DNA of 64,000 nucleotides from Iphione sp. A-MEVVRFRX5 (taxonomy: Eukaryota), in assembly GCA_976226885.1 (NCBI GenBank), contig OZ320314.1, positions 37,386,001 to 37,450,000 of the forward strand, read 5' to 3'. The notes under the pieces were generated by a model. It worked only from the letters and a program-made list of their open reading frames with translations. It did not search any database and was not told the origin of the DNA. Made by a program: the position numbers and the translations under genes. Each line of letters opens with the position of its first letter. Positions within the stretch are counted from its first letter, which is position 1. Of this stretch, positions 62,432 to 64,000 are shown piece after piece.

Positions 62432-64000
62432 GTGAGTTTCTTTGGCGCATGACCTCTTGCAGTAGGTTGGGTAAAAACGGATAGTCTGCTTGGGGCATGA
62501 TTATTATATGTACGTATACGTGGTGAGCAGTAAATCTGATGCACACCTTAAACCTGGGTTCGAACTCCACCTTTAAACATATTGACCATCTGGGTCACCC
62601 ACCCTGGAATTATTTTCACCCGCAACACCGTTAGTTAATCAGTGAGGTAAACAAATATTCTGTCAGCGCCAAAGGAATTGACTTAACCTTGAAAACGTTG
62701 ACCAATGGCCACTGGATGACCCTTAATAATTACGCCTGTCGTAAACCTGTGTAATTATTGTTTTGTCTCTGTCGGCATATGGTTATTGTAAATATTGAAC
62801 CATTGCACACAGGAAAACAAAACATTAATTAACCTTTCAATATTTGGTATAAAGTAAGAAGTTTGCATGAAGCTCCGCCATGTTAAAGGATGGGGAGGGG
62901 TTTTAAGTAAACATAATAGCGGGGGGAATGGACGAATCAAGGTGTATCAATGTCAACTTACTACCCTTTCCAAATAGTTGATTCATATTTCATGATTGCG
63001 CTCGCCCTATAGGTCAAAAAATTAAAAAAATCAACGCCAGAGAAAATCTAGCGCAATTATACTAAATGTGCAAGTGCCGTTGCGCAGTCATCATGATTTT
63101 ATCTAAAAAGTCAGGTCAATAATTGACCATTTGCTGGGCTGTCAGCCATTCAGTAAAACCCAATATTTGTTTGCATTTTGTAAGACTGTAATAGACGATC
63201 TGCCATTCAAAATCCAAGGCTTTTCTACAAATTACAATATTTAAAGCTTGCTTTAGCAGCCAGTAACCGGCTATTTACGTATGTAAGGTACCCAGATAAC
63301 GAAAGAATGCACCTGTGAAAACACCTGCTCCTGCAAATACGTACTGAGATGCTGATTGATTGGAGTAGTACGAAATCCAGAATTTCCTATCAAGTCCTTC
63401 TTACGAACGTCTGTAAGGCAACATATAACATGATTTAATCATGGTTATGCCTGCAACGTTCTATTGGGACAGGACTTTGGCGGTGACCGGTTTCAATATG
63501 TTCTGACTACGTTGTACAGACCGCTCTTAATTCGTTCAGATACATTATATTATGTAGATATGCCCTCCTATAAAATGTTATCCTTTTATAGTAGAACCAT
63601 CAACGGCCTTCAATGAGTAATAAGTTTGTTTAAGATCAAAAGGACAAAAGCAACACGAACATAGCGCTTGCACGAACAATTCCTTTTAGACGAGACATCC
63701 ATTTTAAAGCTCCTGATTTCCTTATTTCACGGCAGGCTCCCGTCTAATCCAACGGCACCCCTGGGGCAGCGGTGTTAGACTGGTGGCCCTCTGTAGGCGT
63801 GAAATTGGCAAATTTCCAAATCAAATCGTCAATTTTATCTTCTTGAAGCAATTACCGTGCCCTCTTTTTCCCAGTTGAGATGTGATGCCACAGTAGATGT
63901 GTAATGTGTGTGGAAATACGTTAAGAGTGGTGCCTCTGCTTTTTGGCCTTGTTTGCCGACCTAGGCTGGTGGCAGTTTTTCCGTTTTAAATTGTTTTATA

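Noticed and set aside
62520-62570. B-box GGGTTCGAACTCC with a weak upstream A-box
   Set aside because: No tRNA cloverleaf; at most a SINE remnant.
1-64000. CRISPR arrays, rRNA/tRNA genes, telomeric arrays, prokaryotic defence operons
   Set aside because: No regularly spaced repeat-spacer arrays, structured RNA genes or long intact ORFs were seen; the sequence is eukaryotic and repeat-rich.

Overview
Eukaryotic (animal) genomic DNA, roughly 40% GC by eye, with very frequent TACATGTA motifs. That pattern suggests a marine invertebrate such as amphioxus, but this is inference. I found no intact, nameable protein-coding gene, rRNA, tRNA, CRISPR array or prokaryotic operon. Most entries in the six-frame ORF track look spurious (low-complexity or antisense). 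The best-supported features are decayed retroelements: an APE-endonuclease LINE 5' ORF2 fragment (~50420-51740, minus) directly abutting a Penelope-like RT fragment (~50020-50305, minus), two LINE 3' ends (~11420-11850 and ~28950-29200, minus) and a short APE fragment (~57290-57440, plus). There is also a small TIR element, TGACA-rich tandem arrays, microsatellites and polypurine tracts. Several housekeeping-type promoter islands carry NRF1, ETS, CCAAT, ZNF143-like, YY1 or CLEAR-like motifs. About a dozen isolated exon-like segments have good splice signals, but I cannot name their products, and several contain single in-frame stops. I did not find a convincing novel system. The leads most worth checking are the stop-interrupted, phase-compatible exon pair or signal-peptide ORF at 14.5-15.0 kb, a PD-(D/E)XK-like peptide at 41.0 kb, a degenerate Penelope-type hammerhead motif at 8.2 kb, and the LINE/Penelope block bracketed by related TGACA arrays at 49.5-52.4 kb.
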